DNA of 64,000 bases from Mobula hypostoma (GCF_963921235.1 NC_086097.1:208818001-208882000), one strand, 5' to 3'. Counted from the stretch's first letter, positions 50,810 through 62,755 are shown. Notes: generated from the sequence alone by a model not told the origin. Numbers and translations are program-made.

Positions 50810-51396
50810 CCTGGGACTAGCTGCAGTAGCCGGATCTCTGGCACTGAGTCTGGCTCTGCAGTGCAGAAGGGAGGGGGGAAAAGAGGAGAGCGGTAGTGAT
50901 AGAGGACTCGATAGTTAGAGGTGCAGATAGGAGGTTCTGTGGTTGTGACAGAGAATCCAGGATGGTTTGTTGCCTCCCAGGTGCCAGGGTCAAGGATGCC
51001 TCTGATCGATTGCATGACATTCTGAAGTGGGAAGGTGACCAGCCAGATGTCGTGGTGCACATAGGCACCAATGACATAGCAAGGAAGAGTGAAGAGGTCC
51101 TGGACAGTGAGTAAAGAGAGCTTGGTAGGAAGTTGAAAAGCAGGACCTCAAGGGTGATAATCTCAGGACTGCTATCTGTGCTAGGTGTCAGTGAGGGTAG
51201 GAATAGGATGCTCTGGAGGAGGAACAAGTGGCTGAGGAACTGGTGTAGGGGGCAGGGTTTCAGATTTCAGGATCATTGGGACCTCTTCTGGGGCAGGTGG
51301 GACCTGTACAAGAGAGACGGGTTACACTTGAACCACAGGGGGACCAATATCCTTTCAGGGAGGTTTGTTAGTGCTATCGGGGAGGCTTTAAACTAG
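50810..51396 (+). pseudogene. CR1 ORF1 SGNH/GDSL-type esterase domain
   Basis: VIEDSIVRG (GDS block altered), CCLPGA, VVHIGTND and DGLHLN; premature TAA at 51112-51114. Confidence 0.85.
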
Positions 51397-53867
51397 ATTT
51401 GCAGGGGGATGGGAACCAGAGTGCCAGAGCTGACAGTGTGGCTGGGGTGAAAATAAATGATATTGAAAGTTTAAGCAAATCCGCTGATAGAAAGTTTGTG
51501 AGTGGTGGTAAAAATCTTCTGAGGTGTATATATTTCAATGCTAGGAGTATTGCGGGGAAGGCGGATGAGTTGAGGGCGTGGATTGACACGTGGAATTATG
51601 ATGTTGTAGCAATTAGTGAAACTTGGCTACAGGAGGGGCAGGACTGGCAGCTTAATATTCCAGGGTTCCGATGTTTCAGATGTGATCGAGGCAGAGGAAT
51701 GAAAGGTGGGGGAGTAGCATTGCTTGTTAGGGAAAATATTGCAGCAGTGCTCAGGCAGGACAGATTAGAGGGCTTGTCTACTGAGTCCTTATGGGTGGAG
51801 CTGAGAAACAGGAAAGGTATGGCCACATTAGTGGGATTGTATTACAGACCACCCAATAGTCAACAAGACTTGGAAGAGCAAATCTGCAGAGAGATAGCAG
51901 ACAACTGCAGGAAACATAAAGTTGTGGTGGTAGGGGATTTTAATTTTCCGTACATTGATTGGGACTCCCATACTGTTAGGGGTCTAGATGGTTTAGGGGT
52001 CTAGATGGTTTAGAGTTTGTAAAATGTGTTCAGGAAAGTTTTCTAAATCAGTATATAGACGGACCAACTAAAGGGGATGCAATATTGGATCTCCTGTTAG
52101 GAAACGAATTAGGGCAAGTGACAGAAGTCTGTGTAGGGGAGCACTTTGGTTCCAGTGATCATAACGCCATTAGTTTCAATTTGATCATGGACAAGGATAG
52201 ATCTGGTCCTAGGGTTGAGGTTCTGAACTGGAAGAAGGTCAAATTTGAAGAAATGAGAAAGGATCTAAAAAGTGTGGATTGGGACAGGTTGTTCTCTGGC
52301 AAAGATGTGATTGGTAGGTGGGAAGCATTCAAAGGGGAAATTTTGAGAGTGCAGAGTTTGTATGTTCCTGTCAGGATTAAAGGCAAATTGAATAGGAATA
52401 AGGGATATTGCAACTCTGATAAAGAAGAGGAGGGAGTTGTATGAAATGTATAGGAAACAGGGGGTAAATCAGGTGCTTGAGGAGTATAAGAAGTGCAAGA
52501 AAATACTTAAGAAAGAAATCAGGAGGGCAAAAAGAAGACATGAGGTTGCCTTGGCAGTCAAAGTGAAGGATAATCCAAAGAGCTTTTACAAGTATATTAA
52601 GAGCAAAAGGACTGTAAGGGATAAAATTGGTCCACTTGAAGATCAGAGTGGTCGGCTTTGTGTGGAACCGAAGGAAATGGGGGAGATCTTAAATAGGTTT
52701 TTTACGTCTGTATTTACTAAGGAAGCTGGCATGAAATCTATGGAATTGAGGGAATCAAGTAGTGAGACCATGGCAACTGTACAGATTGAAAAGGAGGAGG
52801 TGCTTGCTGTCTTGAGGAAAATTAAAGTGGATAAATCCCCGGGACCTGACAGGGTGTTCCCTCGGACCTTGAAGGAGACTAGTGTTGAAATTGCGGGGGC
52901 CCTGGCAAAAATATTTAAAATGTCTCTGTCTATGGGTGAAGTGCCGGAGGATTGGAGAGTGGCTCATGTTGTTCCATTGTTTAAAAAAGGATCGAAAAGT
53001 AATCCTGGAAATTATAGGCCGGTGAGTATAACGTCAGTAGTAGGTAAGTTATTGGAGGGAGTACTAAGAGACAGAATCTACAAGCATTTGGATAGGCAGG
53101 GGCTTATTAGGGAGAGTCAACATGGCTTTGTGCGTGGTAGGTCATGTTTGACCAATCTGTTGGGGTTTTTCGAGGAGGTTACCAGGAAAGTGGATGAAGG
53201 GAAGGCAGTGGATATTGTCTACATGGACTTCAGTAAGGCTTTTGACAAGGTCCCGCATGGGAGGTTAGTTAGGAAAATTCAGTCGCTAGGTATACATGGA
53301 GAGGTGGTAAATTGGATTGGACATTGGCTCGATGGAAGAAGCCAGAGAGTGGTGGTAGAAAATTGCTTCTCTGAGTGGAGACCTGTGACTAGTGGTGTGC
53401 CACAGGGATCAGTGCTGGGTCCATTGTTATTTGTCATCTATATCAATGATCTGGATGATAATGCGGTAAATTGGATCAGCAAGTTTGCTGATGATACAAA
53501 GATTGGAGGTGTAGTAGACAGTGAGGAAGGTTTTCAGAGCCTGCAGAGGGACTTGGTCCAGCTGGAAAAATGGGCTGAAAAATGGCAGATGGAGTTTAAT
53601 ACTGACAAGTGTGAGGTATTGCACGTTGGAAGGACAAACCAAGGTAGAACATACAGGGTTAATGGTAAGGCACTGAGGAGTGCAGTGGAACAGAGGGATC
53701 TGGGAATACAGATACAAAATTCCCTAAAAGTGTCGTCACAGGTAGATAGGGTTGTAAAGAGAGCTTTTGGTACATTGGCCTTTATTAAACGTAGTATTGA
53801 GTATAAGAGCTGGAATGTTATGATGAGGTTGTATAAGGCATTGGTGAGGCCAAATCTGGAGTATTGT

Positions 53868-54125
53868 CCCCTTTTGCCTATCACCTGTCCAGCTCTCGGC
53901 TCTATCCCTCCCCCTCCTGTCTTCTCCTATCATTTTGCATCTCCCCCTCCCCCTCCAGCTTTCAAATCCCTTACTCACTCTTCCTTCAGTTAGTCCTGAC
54001 GAAGGGTCTCGGCCTGAAACGTCGACTGCGCCTCTTCCTATAGATGCTGCTTGGCCTGCTGCGTTCACCAGCAACTTTGATGTGTGTTGCTTGAATTTCC
54101 AGCATCTGCAGAATTCCTGTTGTTT
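53868..54125 (+). mobile_element. 258-bp PLE 3' end inserted in CR1 ORF2 with 12-13-bp TSD
   Basis: CTGGAGTATTGT at 53856-53867 and 54126-54137; only 5 differences from 36158-36415 by manual count. Confidence 0.95.
53991..54028 (+). ncRNA. Minimal type-I hammerhead ribozyme
   Basis: Identical to 36281-36318. Confidence 0.85.
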
Positions 54126-54789
54126 CTGGAGTATTGTGTTCAGTTTTGGTCACCAAATTACAGGAAGGATATAAATAAGGTTGAAAGAGTGCGGAGAAGG
54201 TTTAAAAGGATGTTGCCGGGACTTGAGAAACTCAGTTACAGAGAAAGGTTGAATAGGTTAGGACTTTATTCCCTGGAGCGTAGAAGAATGAGGGGAGATT
54301 TGATAGAGGTATATAAAATTATGATGGGTATAGATAGAGTGAATGCAAGCAGGCTTTTTCCACTGAGGCAAGGGGAGAAAAAAACAAGAGGACATGGGTT
54401 AAGGGTGAGGGGGGAAAAGTTTAAAGGGAACATTGGAAGGGGCTTCTTCACACAGAGTGGTGGGAGTATGGAATGAGCTGCCAGACGAGGTGGTAAATGC
54501 GGGTTCTTTTTTAACATTTAAGAATAAATTGGACAGATACAAGGATGGGAGGTGTATGGAGGGATATGGTCCGTATGCAGGTCAGTGGGACTAGGCAGAA
54601 AATGGTTCGGCACAGCCAAGAAGGGCCAAAGGGCCTGTTTCTGTGCTGTAGTTTCTATGGTTTCTTTGGTTCTATAATCTAGGAATGAAAGGCTTAACCT
54701 ATGTTTGCTGCCTCTGGGCCTGAACTTGATGGAGTTCAGAATGATGAGGGCTGATCTCATTGAAACCTACCATTGACACTAAAAGAGTG

Positions 54790-55020
54790 ACACACACACA
54801 AAATGCTGGAACTCAGCAGGTCAGGCAGCCTCAATGGAAGTGAATGCCCATTAATGTTTGTGGCTGAGCACCTTCATCAGGATCACCTGATAAAGAGTTT
54901 TGGCTCAAAGTCTTGGCTGTTCATTCACTCTGATAGATGCTGCCTGACCTGCAGGGTCTCTCCAGCATTTTGTATGTGTTGCTCTGGATTTCCGGCATCT
55001 GCAGAATCTCTTGTGTTTAT
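54790..55020. mobile_element. Old fold-back pair of PLE 3' ends, inside a decayed CR1 3' fragment
   Basis: ACACAAAATGCTGG..CCTTCATCAGG / CCTGATAAAG..CCAGCATTTTGT inverted arms with axis near 54883. Confidence 0.75.
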
Positions 55021-56907
55021 GAGGCACTGAAAGACCTGAATAGAGTAGACTTGAAGAGGATGTTTCAGTTTGTAGGAAGGTCTAGGATCTAAGAGCACAG
55101 CCTCAGAATAAAGGAACAGAGATGAGGGTGAATTTTCTTCAGAGATAAGCTGGTGAATATGTGCACCTCCTTGGCACATGGGCATGACAGGGTCAAGATC
55201 TGGAGTGTATTTTTAGGCAGAGATTGGTAGGCTGTTGTTTGGAAAAGCGGTTATGGGTTACAGTGTTAATATTATGGGGAGATTGTAGTAGAACAGGGTT
55301 GAGGAAAAAACCAGTGCTGACTGAAGGTGGAGCAGACACTATGGGCTGGATGGTTCATTCTTCTACATCTCATGATCTTACTGTCATATGGCTTCAAAAG
55401 GAGGCAAAGCTGAGGTGGGACATTGCCTCTTAGCAAAGTTGTTCTGACCTTTAGTGATACCCATAATGGGAAACATTGATGTTCATTACTGTAGAGGTAT
55501 GTCTGGGACTTACTGAGTGACGGATTCTCCTATAAGCTTTGTGCCATATTGCTGGGCTCCACATGGGGTCAGACGTTGTGAAGGATTGAGGACCCAATTC
55601 ATGTGAATAGATATTCTTGGCCTTAATTCTTATCTTTAATTCCTTATTTTTCAATGATTAGTGAGTACACAACTATGCAATAAATTTTAAATTAAACATT
55701 TTAATCACAGGAGGAGAGGTTCTGGTCTCGGTCTCAGAACTCAAACTACCTATTCCTTTTCACTGTGTGGACCTTGCTGCCTGATTCCTAGGTGTATAAA
55801 GGGTCTAAAGGATTGGTCCTCATCAGCCAGCACATACAGGGTCTGGATGATGATTTCCAGTGCTGACTGGATCCATTATAATAATACCTGCAACAGATAA
55901 TAACAGAAGTTGGCTACATTTTCGGGTTGTCTGAGGCACCAGAGAACTGCAAGTTCCTTTTGTCAAGGATCTAATTAGATTTGAATTTGATCATGTGGAA
56001 AATCTTTGAAAATCTGATTGTTGAAAATCTGATTAGATTAGGTATTAACAGCATTCCTTTTGGCATTCAATCCATATTCCTAACAAAGTTACTGTCTTTA
56101 GGAAAGGAGAAGAGAGAAACAACCAATGTAGTAAGTGCAAGATGGTGCATTTTGGCAGTCTAATAAGTGTATGACATATAACATGATTGGTAAGGTTCTC
56201 AGAAGCATTGAGGGATAGGGTGTCCTATTTTATGTCCATAGATTCCTAGTAGGACCAATGTAGGTGGATAAGGCGCTGAAGAAGGCATTCAGGGTGCATG
56301 ATGCAGGATGAAATAGATGATAATATAGAGGTCATGATAAACCTTTATAAAACTTCATTTAGGTAACACTGCAGTATGCAGTTTTGGTTGTCAAACTATA
56401 GGAAAGAAAAGATTGCAGATTGCACTTTCTCTGTAGGTGTTACACTTTATTCTACATTGTTATTGTTAATCTTATTCCATGCTCTGTGTAATGATTTGAT
56501 CAGTATAAAATGTATGCAAGGTAAGCATTTTACTCTATCTTGGTACATGTGATACTAATAAACCAATAGCAATAGCAATACCAATACAATTTTCTCAAGA
56601 TATATGATGGTGATGTGACGGCAAACAGGAGCGAGATAAACTAGCTAGTTGAGTAGTGTTGCAGGAACAACTGCATTCAATGTCAATCAAACTAAAGAGC
56701 TGATCGTGGACTTCAGGAAGGGTAAGAGTCAACGTTTCAGGCAAAGTTCTGATGAAGGGTCTCAGCCTGAGACATTGACTGTTCACTCTTTTTCATAGAT
56801 GCTGCCTGACCTGCTGAGTTCCTCCAGCATCCTGTGTGTTGGAGCATTTTAACTTCTGTACCAGATTAATATATTTGTGGTGGGCCTTTGCAGATGGTCT
56901 CCAGAAT

Positions 56908-58865
56908 AGGATTGGGAAACTTTTAAAGAGCAACAGAAGGTAACTAAAAGGGCAATACGTGGAGAAAAAATGAGGTACGAAGGTAAACTAGCCAAGAACA
57001 TAAAGGAGGATAGTAAAAGCTTCTTTAGGTATGTGAAAAGGAAAAAAATAGTTAAGACCAAAATTGGGCCCTTGAAGACAGAAAAGGGTGAATTTATTTT
57101 GGGGAACAAGGAAATGGCAGACGAGTTGAACAGGTACTTTGGATCTGTCTTCACTAGGGAAGACACAAACAATCTCCCAAATGTAATAGTGGCCAAAGGG
57201 CCTAGGGTAATGGATGAACTGAAGGAAATTTATACTAGGCAGGAAATGGTGTTGGATAGACTGTTGGGTCTGAAGGCTGATAAGTCCCCGGGACCTGATG
57301 GTCTGCATCCCAGGGTACTTAAGGAGGTGGCTTTAGAAATCGTGGACGCATTGGTAATCATTTTCCAATGTTCTCTCGATTCAGGATCAGTTCCTGTGGA
57401 TTGGAGGGTGGCTAATGTTGTCCCTCTCTTCAAGAAGGGAGTAAGAGAGAAAACAGGGAATTATAGACCGGTTAGCCTGACATCGGTGGTGGGAAAGATG
57501 CTGGAGTCAATTATAAAAGATGAAATTACGACACATCTGGATAGCAGTAACAGGATCGGTCCGAGTCAGCATGGATTTACGAAAGGGAAATCGTGCTTGA
57601 CTAATCTTCTGGAATTTCTTGAGGATGTAACTATGAAAATGGACAAGGGAGAGCCAGTGGATGTAGTGTACCTGGACTTTCAGAAAGCCTTTGATAAAGT
57701 CCCACATAGGAGATTAGTGGGCAAAATTAGGGCACATGGTATTGGGGGCAGAGTACTAACATGGATTGAGAATTGGCTGGCTGACAGAAAACAAAGAGTA
57801 GCGATTAACGGGTCCCTTTCGGAATGGCTGGCGGTGACCAGTGGGGTACCGTAGTGTTCAGTGCTGGGACCGTAGCTGTTTTACACTATATATTAATGAT
57901 TTAGATGAGGGAATTAAAAGTAACATTAGCAAATTTGCCGATGACACAAAGCTGGATGGCAGTGTGAAATGTGAGGAGGATGTTATGAGAACACAGGGTG
58001 ACTTGGACAGGCTGGGTGAGTGGGCAGATGCATGGCAGATGCAGTTTAATGTGGATAAATGTGAGGTTATCCACTTTGGTGGTAAAAACAGGAAGGCAGA
58101 TTATTATCTAAATGGAGTCAAGTTAGGAAAAGGAGAAGTACAACGAGATCTAGGTGTTCTTGTACATCAGTCACTGAAAGCTAGCTTACAAGTACAGCAG
58201 GCAGTGAAGAAAGCTAATGGCATGCTGGCCTTCATAACAAGGGGAATTGAGTATAAGAGCAAAGAGGTCCTTCTGCAGCTGTACAGGGCCCTGGTGAGAC
58301 CACACCTGGAGTACTGTGTGCAGTTTTGGTCTCCAAATTTGAGGAAGGACATTCTTGCTATTGAGGGAGTGCAGCGTAGGTTCACAAGGTTAATTCCCGG
58401 GATGGCGGGACTGTCATATGTTGAAAGATTGGAGCGACTGGGCTTGTATACTCTGGAATTTAGAAGGCTGAGAGGGGATCTTATTGAAACATATAAGATT
58501 ATTAAGGGATTGGACACGCTGGAGGCAGAAAGCATGTTCCCGCTGATGGGTGAGTCCAGAACCAGAGGCCACAGTTTAAGAATAAGGGGTAGGCCATTTA
58601 GACCGGAGTTGAGGAAAAACTTTTTCACCCAGAGAGTGGTGGACATATGGAATGCTCCGCCCCAAAAGGCTGTGGAGGCCAAGTCTCTGGATGCTTTCAA
58701 GAAAGAGATGGATAGAGCTCTTAAAGATAGCGGAATCAAAGGTTATGGGGATAAGGCAGGAACTGGATACTGATTGTGGATGGTCAGCCATGATCACAGT
58801 GAATGGCGGTGCTGGCTCGAAGGGCCGAATGGCCTACTCCTGCACGTATTGTGTATTGTCTATAG
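56908..58865 (+). mobile_element. CR1 LINE, 5'-truncated RT region, disrupted
   Basis: ORFs 56970-57854 and 57841-58773 carry YLDFQKAFD and FADD; TAG stops near 57852 and 57873 plus a frameshift; TATTGT repeat tail. Confidence 0.95.
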
Positions 58866-59527
58866 CCCAAGCCGTGAGTAACTTTGCCCCAGGAATAATA
58901 GAGACTTGAGTAACACTAAATTATTCCCAAGACAAAAGTGGGCAAGCAGTGTCAATCAGGTCCCATGGGATAAAGAATTTAAGGTATGTAGGGTCCCGCA
59001 AAGAATGCCCCACATTCTTTGTGCAACCTTAGGGAGAAGAGTTTCTCTTTTGTTATTATGTAGGAAAACAAATACCAGTTTACACCTCTTCATCTATCCA
59101 GCAACTACTGATTATCTTCAAATCACAAAGGACTTTTCATTTCCTGTTTACAGGATTTGGACAAGACAGATCCACTTCCTGATGTTGCTGAGGTTTATTT
59201 GGAGGGATTGCCTCCAAAAACCTTTGGTGAAAGTAACCTCATGCTGAAAGATCCCCTCTCCCATTTTTCTATTTTATTTGTCTCTGCACTGAACTGAGGT
59301 TGTGGCCTGCAGCTAACAGGCTTCTGCATCGGCTGCTGGCTTCGTGTCAGTGAACTCACTTTCATGAGATTCTGCTTTGAATGCTATCTGCTTACTTTTA
59401 TTGTCTGCATGATTTGTTTTTCCTTCAGCACATTGGGTGTTTGACAATCTTCTGGCTTTAATGGGTTCTATGGGGTTTCTTTGTTTTGTGGATGCCTGTA
59501 AGAAGATGAATCTAAAGGTTGTATATA

Positions 59528-59992
59528 CGAGGGGTGATTGATAAATTTATGGTCTAAGGTAGAAGGAGTCAATTTTAGAAAACCTAACATATTTATTTTT
59601 CCTACATTTACACACTTAGTCCAGTGGTCGTGGAGCATACGGATCCTTTCTTTGTAGAAGTTGGCGTTTTGGACCTCCAGAAGTGGTCCACAGCAGAGGT
59701 GATTGATTAGTTCGTGGCCTAAGGTAGAAGGAGATGGGTTATTAACTTCAAACTTTCTGCATTTTCACACAAAGAGTTGAACTCCACGTGCATGTAACAA
59801 GAGCTGTATAACTCATCTCCTTCTACCTTAGGCCACGAACATCAATCACCCCTGCTGTGGACCACCTGGAGGTCCAAGACACTCTCCATACATGCACGTA
59901 CAGTTCAATTCTTTGAGTGATAATGCAGAAAGTTTGAAGTTAATAACTCATCTCCTTCTACCTTAGGCCACGAACTTATCAATCACTCTGCG
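59528..59992. mobile_element. Tc1/mariner-type MITE with internal fold-back repeats
   Basis: TA flanks (59526-59527, 59993-59994), CGAGGGG start and ~40-bp imperfect TIRs (GTGATTGATAA..CTAAGGTAGAAGGAG). Confidence 0.8.
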
Positions 59993-60191
59993 TAGTATAC
60001 ATACTTTGATAGTGAATGTAATTTAAACAGTGATATTTTTTCTAGAGCTGATCCTGCTCTGCTGGAAGTCAGGTTATTCTTCCAGTCAGACTTCAGTCCA
60101 ACTGATCCACCCAAGTCTGAAAGCAGTTGGTTTTTAATCAGCAAAAATGTAGTACCTGGCTCACATCTCCCTGCAGTCTGATGAAACCTAA

Positions 60192-60670
60192 AGCCCAATT
60201 TATACTTGTGCGTCAAACGTACGCCATAAATATTGCATACCCTATGCTGTAGAGTGACGTGCACCCCCCCAAAAATGTAACTCACGTGTCACGGCGACGC
60301 AGACAGCAGCAACTGTGATTGGTCCGCTTGGTAGCATCGCATTTCCTCCTACGCATTTCCGGTTGCTTTTCTCCATCATGTCTGTACACTGATGTGAAAT
60401 AAATGGTTGGAGACAATGAATCAAATCGTCAAACCTACCTTCCGACATCCGAAAATATTTGAAATGCATTTCCTCGTCCATGTCTCTCACGACGAAACTC
60501 AACACAGTGGCATAGAAACCCCATTGCCAACTAGTGTTTTGGCGGTGAATTGCAGAGCGACGCAGACACAACTACGCAAGCTCGCTACGGCGTAGGGCTT
60601 TGCAGAAGTATAAATCAGGCCTATGGCGTAGGCTACGGCGTAGCCCGTATGCACAAGTATAAATCAGCCT
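60192..60670 (-). mobile_element. Internally deleted PIF/Harbinger DNA transposon
   Basis: TAA TSD; TIRs AGCCCAATTTATACTTGTGC / AGGCTGATTTATACTTGTGC; minus-strand [30 protein letters not shown] resembles a Harbinger transposase N-terminus. Confidence 0.85.
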
Positions 60671-61217
60671 TAAGGCACCTATACATAAATACTAAAACAT
60701 GGCAATGGTGTGAATAAGCTAGCAAACCAGAAAGCAACCTGCAAACATTTGGCAACTACTTTCAATGATTCTTGCTGAACTTGCATTCAGTTCTCTGAGT
60801 TCAAGAAAGAGCATTGGTTGGAATGGAGTTTCTAAATGGCAGTGCTAGCTTTAAATCAATAAGCAGAACATTAACTATTGCCTTGAACTGCCTTGGAGAG
60901 CACTGCGACACAATTACTCACCGTCCTGATTTGATTTTCCCTAATCATTTTCTTTCCAGTAGTTCCAGGGCTAACGTAGGGTAGTCAGTTAACTCACCAA
61001 AGGCTGCATGCCTTTGGCATGTGAAAAGGAAACTGGAGCTCAGTGGAGGAAACCCACATGGTCACAGGATCAACATGAAAACTCAACCTGGACAGAAGCA
61101 GGGATCATGTTTCAAATCCAGGTCACCAGAGCTGTGACCTCTCTCACCAACATGTTGCCCAGGAATGAGGCATCAAATTGCCGATGGATCAGTGTTGGTG
61201 CCATACTCAATGGATAA

Positions 61218-61780
61218 TGAATTGAATTGACTTTATTACTTACATCCTTCATATACTGTACATGAGGAGTAAAAATCTTTGTTTTGTCTCTGTTGTGCAA
61301 TGTGCAATGTGCAATTATAGTAATTTATAATTAATATTATGTACAAAAAGATAGTCAATATAACATAGAAATACAGATGCGTCAGCATGAATTAAGCAGT
61401 CTGATGGCTTGGTGGAAGAAGCTGTCTTGGAGCTTGTTGGTCCTGGCTTTTATGCTGTGGTACCGTTTCCTGGACGGTAGCAGCTGGAGCAGTTTGTGGT
61501 TGGTTCGGGCCCTTTTTACACACCTGTCTTTGCAAATTTCCTGAATAGCCGGAAGTTCACAGTCCGCACCACTCTCTGCAGAGTCCTTTGATTGAGGGAA
61601 GTACAGTTCTCATGCCAGGCAGTGATGCAGCCAGTCAGGATGCTCTCAATCGTGACCCTATAGAAAGTTCTTAGAATTTGGAGGACCATACTAAACTTCT
61701 TCAACCATCTGAGGTGAAAGTGATGCTGGTGTGCCTTTTTCACCACACAGCCAGTAAGTACAGACCACGTGAGCTCCTTG
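61218..61780 (-). mobile_element. Rex1/Babar-type LINE 3' fragment
   Basis: KKAHQHHFHLRWLKKF..FYRVTIESILTGCITAW..LQRVVRT; same tail as 24292. Confidence 0.85.
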
Positions 61781-62545
61781 AAGATATGAAATGAAATGAA
61801 GAGCATACGAAATGAACGATGGTACATTTGCCCGGTGTGTGATGTGATGGAGTAGACTGAATGAGGCAGAGTGAACGGACGGCAGAGATCTGCCAAACAA
61901 TATGGCAGTGAACATACTACCATTCTTGCCCTTCCTGGCATTACTAGGTTATTAAAATACTTACTGAGCTACATCCAATAGCATAGAATGCGGTACTGCT
62001 GGCTTCCTGTGTCACCACCACCCACCCCACAGCAGTTGTCTTCTTCATCACACTTTCGATGAGGGGCATTTCTATGATTCTACCTGGCCCCCAGCTGTAC
62101 ATCAAATATTGCATCATGGATCAAAGCACAGTTCTCAGTCACTCTGAGTCCATCGTGATATGTCTCTTTGTTCAAACTTTTCACAATTCCATCTCTCGAT
62201 TAGATCCATAAACAGTTAAGATAGTGCCACGTAGATACATACCATGTTCTTTGCCTCTATTAGCACTAAAGCTAGATGTAATATCATGCTGAGGTGATTT
62301 TATGAAATGAATGCAGTCTGACTGCAACACCATCAGATTTCCAATACAAGTTGTAGCCCTCACTCTGATCACATTTGGGACAAAGGTCTTTAGAATTTTT
62401 ACCTGCTATAGATTGCTGTAAGTGTACTGTTTGCAGTTTGCACAGTGTACATCAATATGTGGAACTCTGTCCAAATTCCTAATCAGTGTGAAAATTAACT
62501 TAAAAGTGCATATGCTAGAAATCTGAAATGAAAACACAAAATATA

Positions 62546-62755
62546 AAAGTTGCTGGTGAACGCAGCAGGCCAGGCAGCATCTCTAGGAAGAGGTGCAGTC
62601 GACGTTTCAGGCTGAGACCCTAGTCCTGATGAAGGGTCTCGGCCTGAAACGTCGACTGCACCTCTTCCTAGAGATGCTGCCTGGCCTGCTGCGTTCACCA
62701 GCAACTTTCATGTGTGTTGTTTGAATTTCTTGCATCTGCAGAATTCCTGTTGTTT
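62546..62755. mobile_element. Young fold-back PLE 3' end (76-bp arms, 11-nt loop)
   Basis: 62546-62621 is the reverse complement of 62633-62708 with one mismatch; the right arm continues to the PLE terminus GAATTCCTGTTGTTT. Confidence 0.92.
62621..62658 (+). ncRNA. Minimal type-I hammerhead ribozyme
   Basis: TAGTC-CTGATGA-AGGGTCTCGGCCT-GAAAC-GTC-GACTG. Confidence 0.8.

Larger units (their letters stand above)
51399..54594 (+). pseudogene. CR1 ORF2 (APE endonuclease + RT), fragmented
   Basis: YFNARSI, ISETWL, GDFN, SDHN; NYRPVS, YMDFSKAFD, GVPQGSVLGP, FADD. Confidence 0.9.
50810..54670 (+). mobile_element. CR1 LINE with ORF1 esterase domain and ORF2 (EN + RT), disrupted
   Basis: ORF1 and ORF2 motifs in order and a TTTCTATGG tail. 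Broken by a stop at 51112, a 17-bp duplication at 51976-52009, a deletion near 52400 and the PLE insertion at 53868. Confidence 0.95.

Noticed and set aside
52437..54476. Apparent RT fusion protein with a proline-rich tail
   Set aside because: It is read-through from CR1 ORF2 into the inserted non-coding PLE end bounded by a TSD.
55745..55900. Minus-strand exon-like segment and a CTGATGAG motif resembling a hammerhead box
   Set aside because: No GAAA box or helix I follows the motif, and the reading frames contain stops and no recognisable homology.
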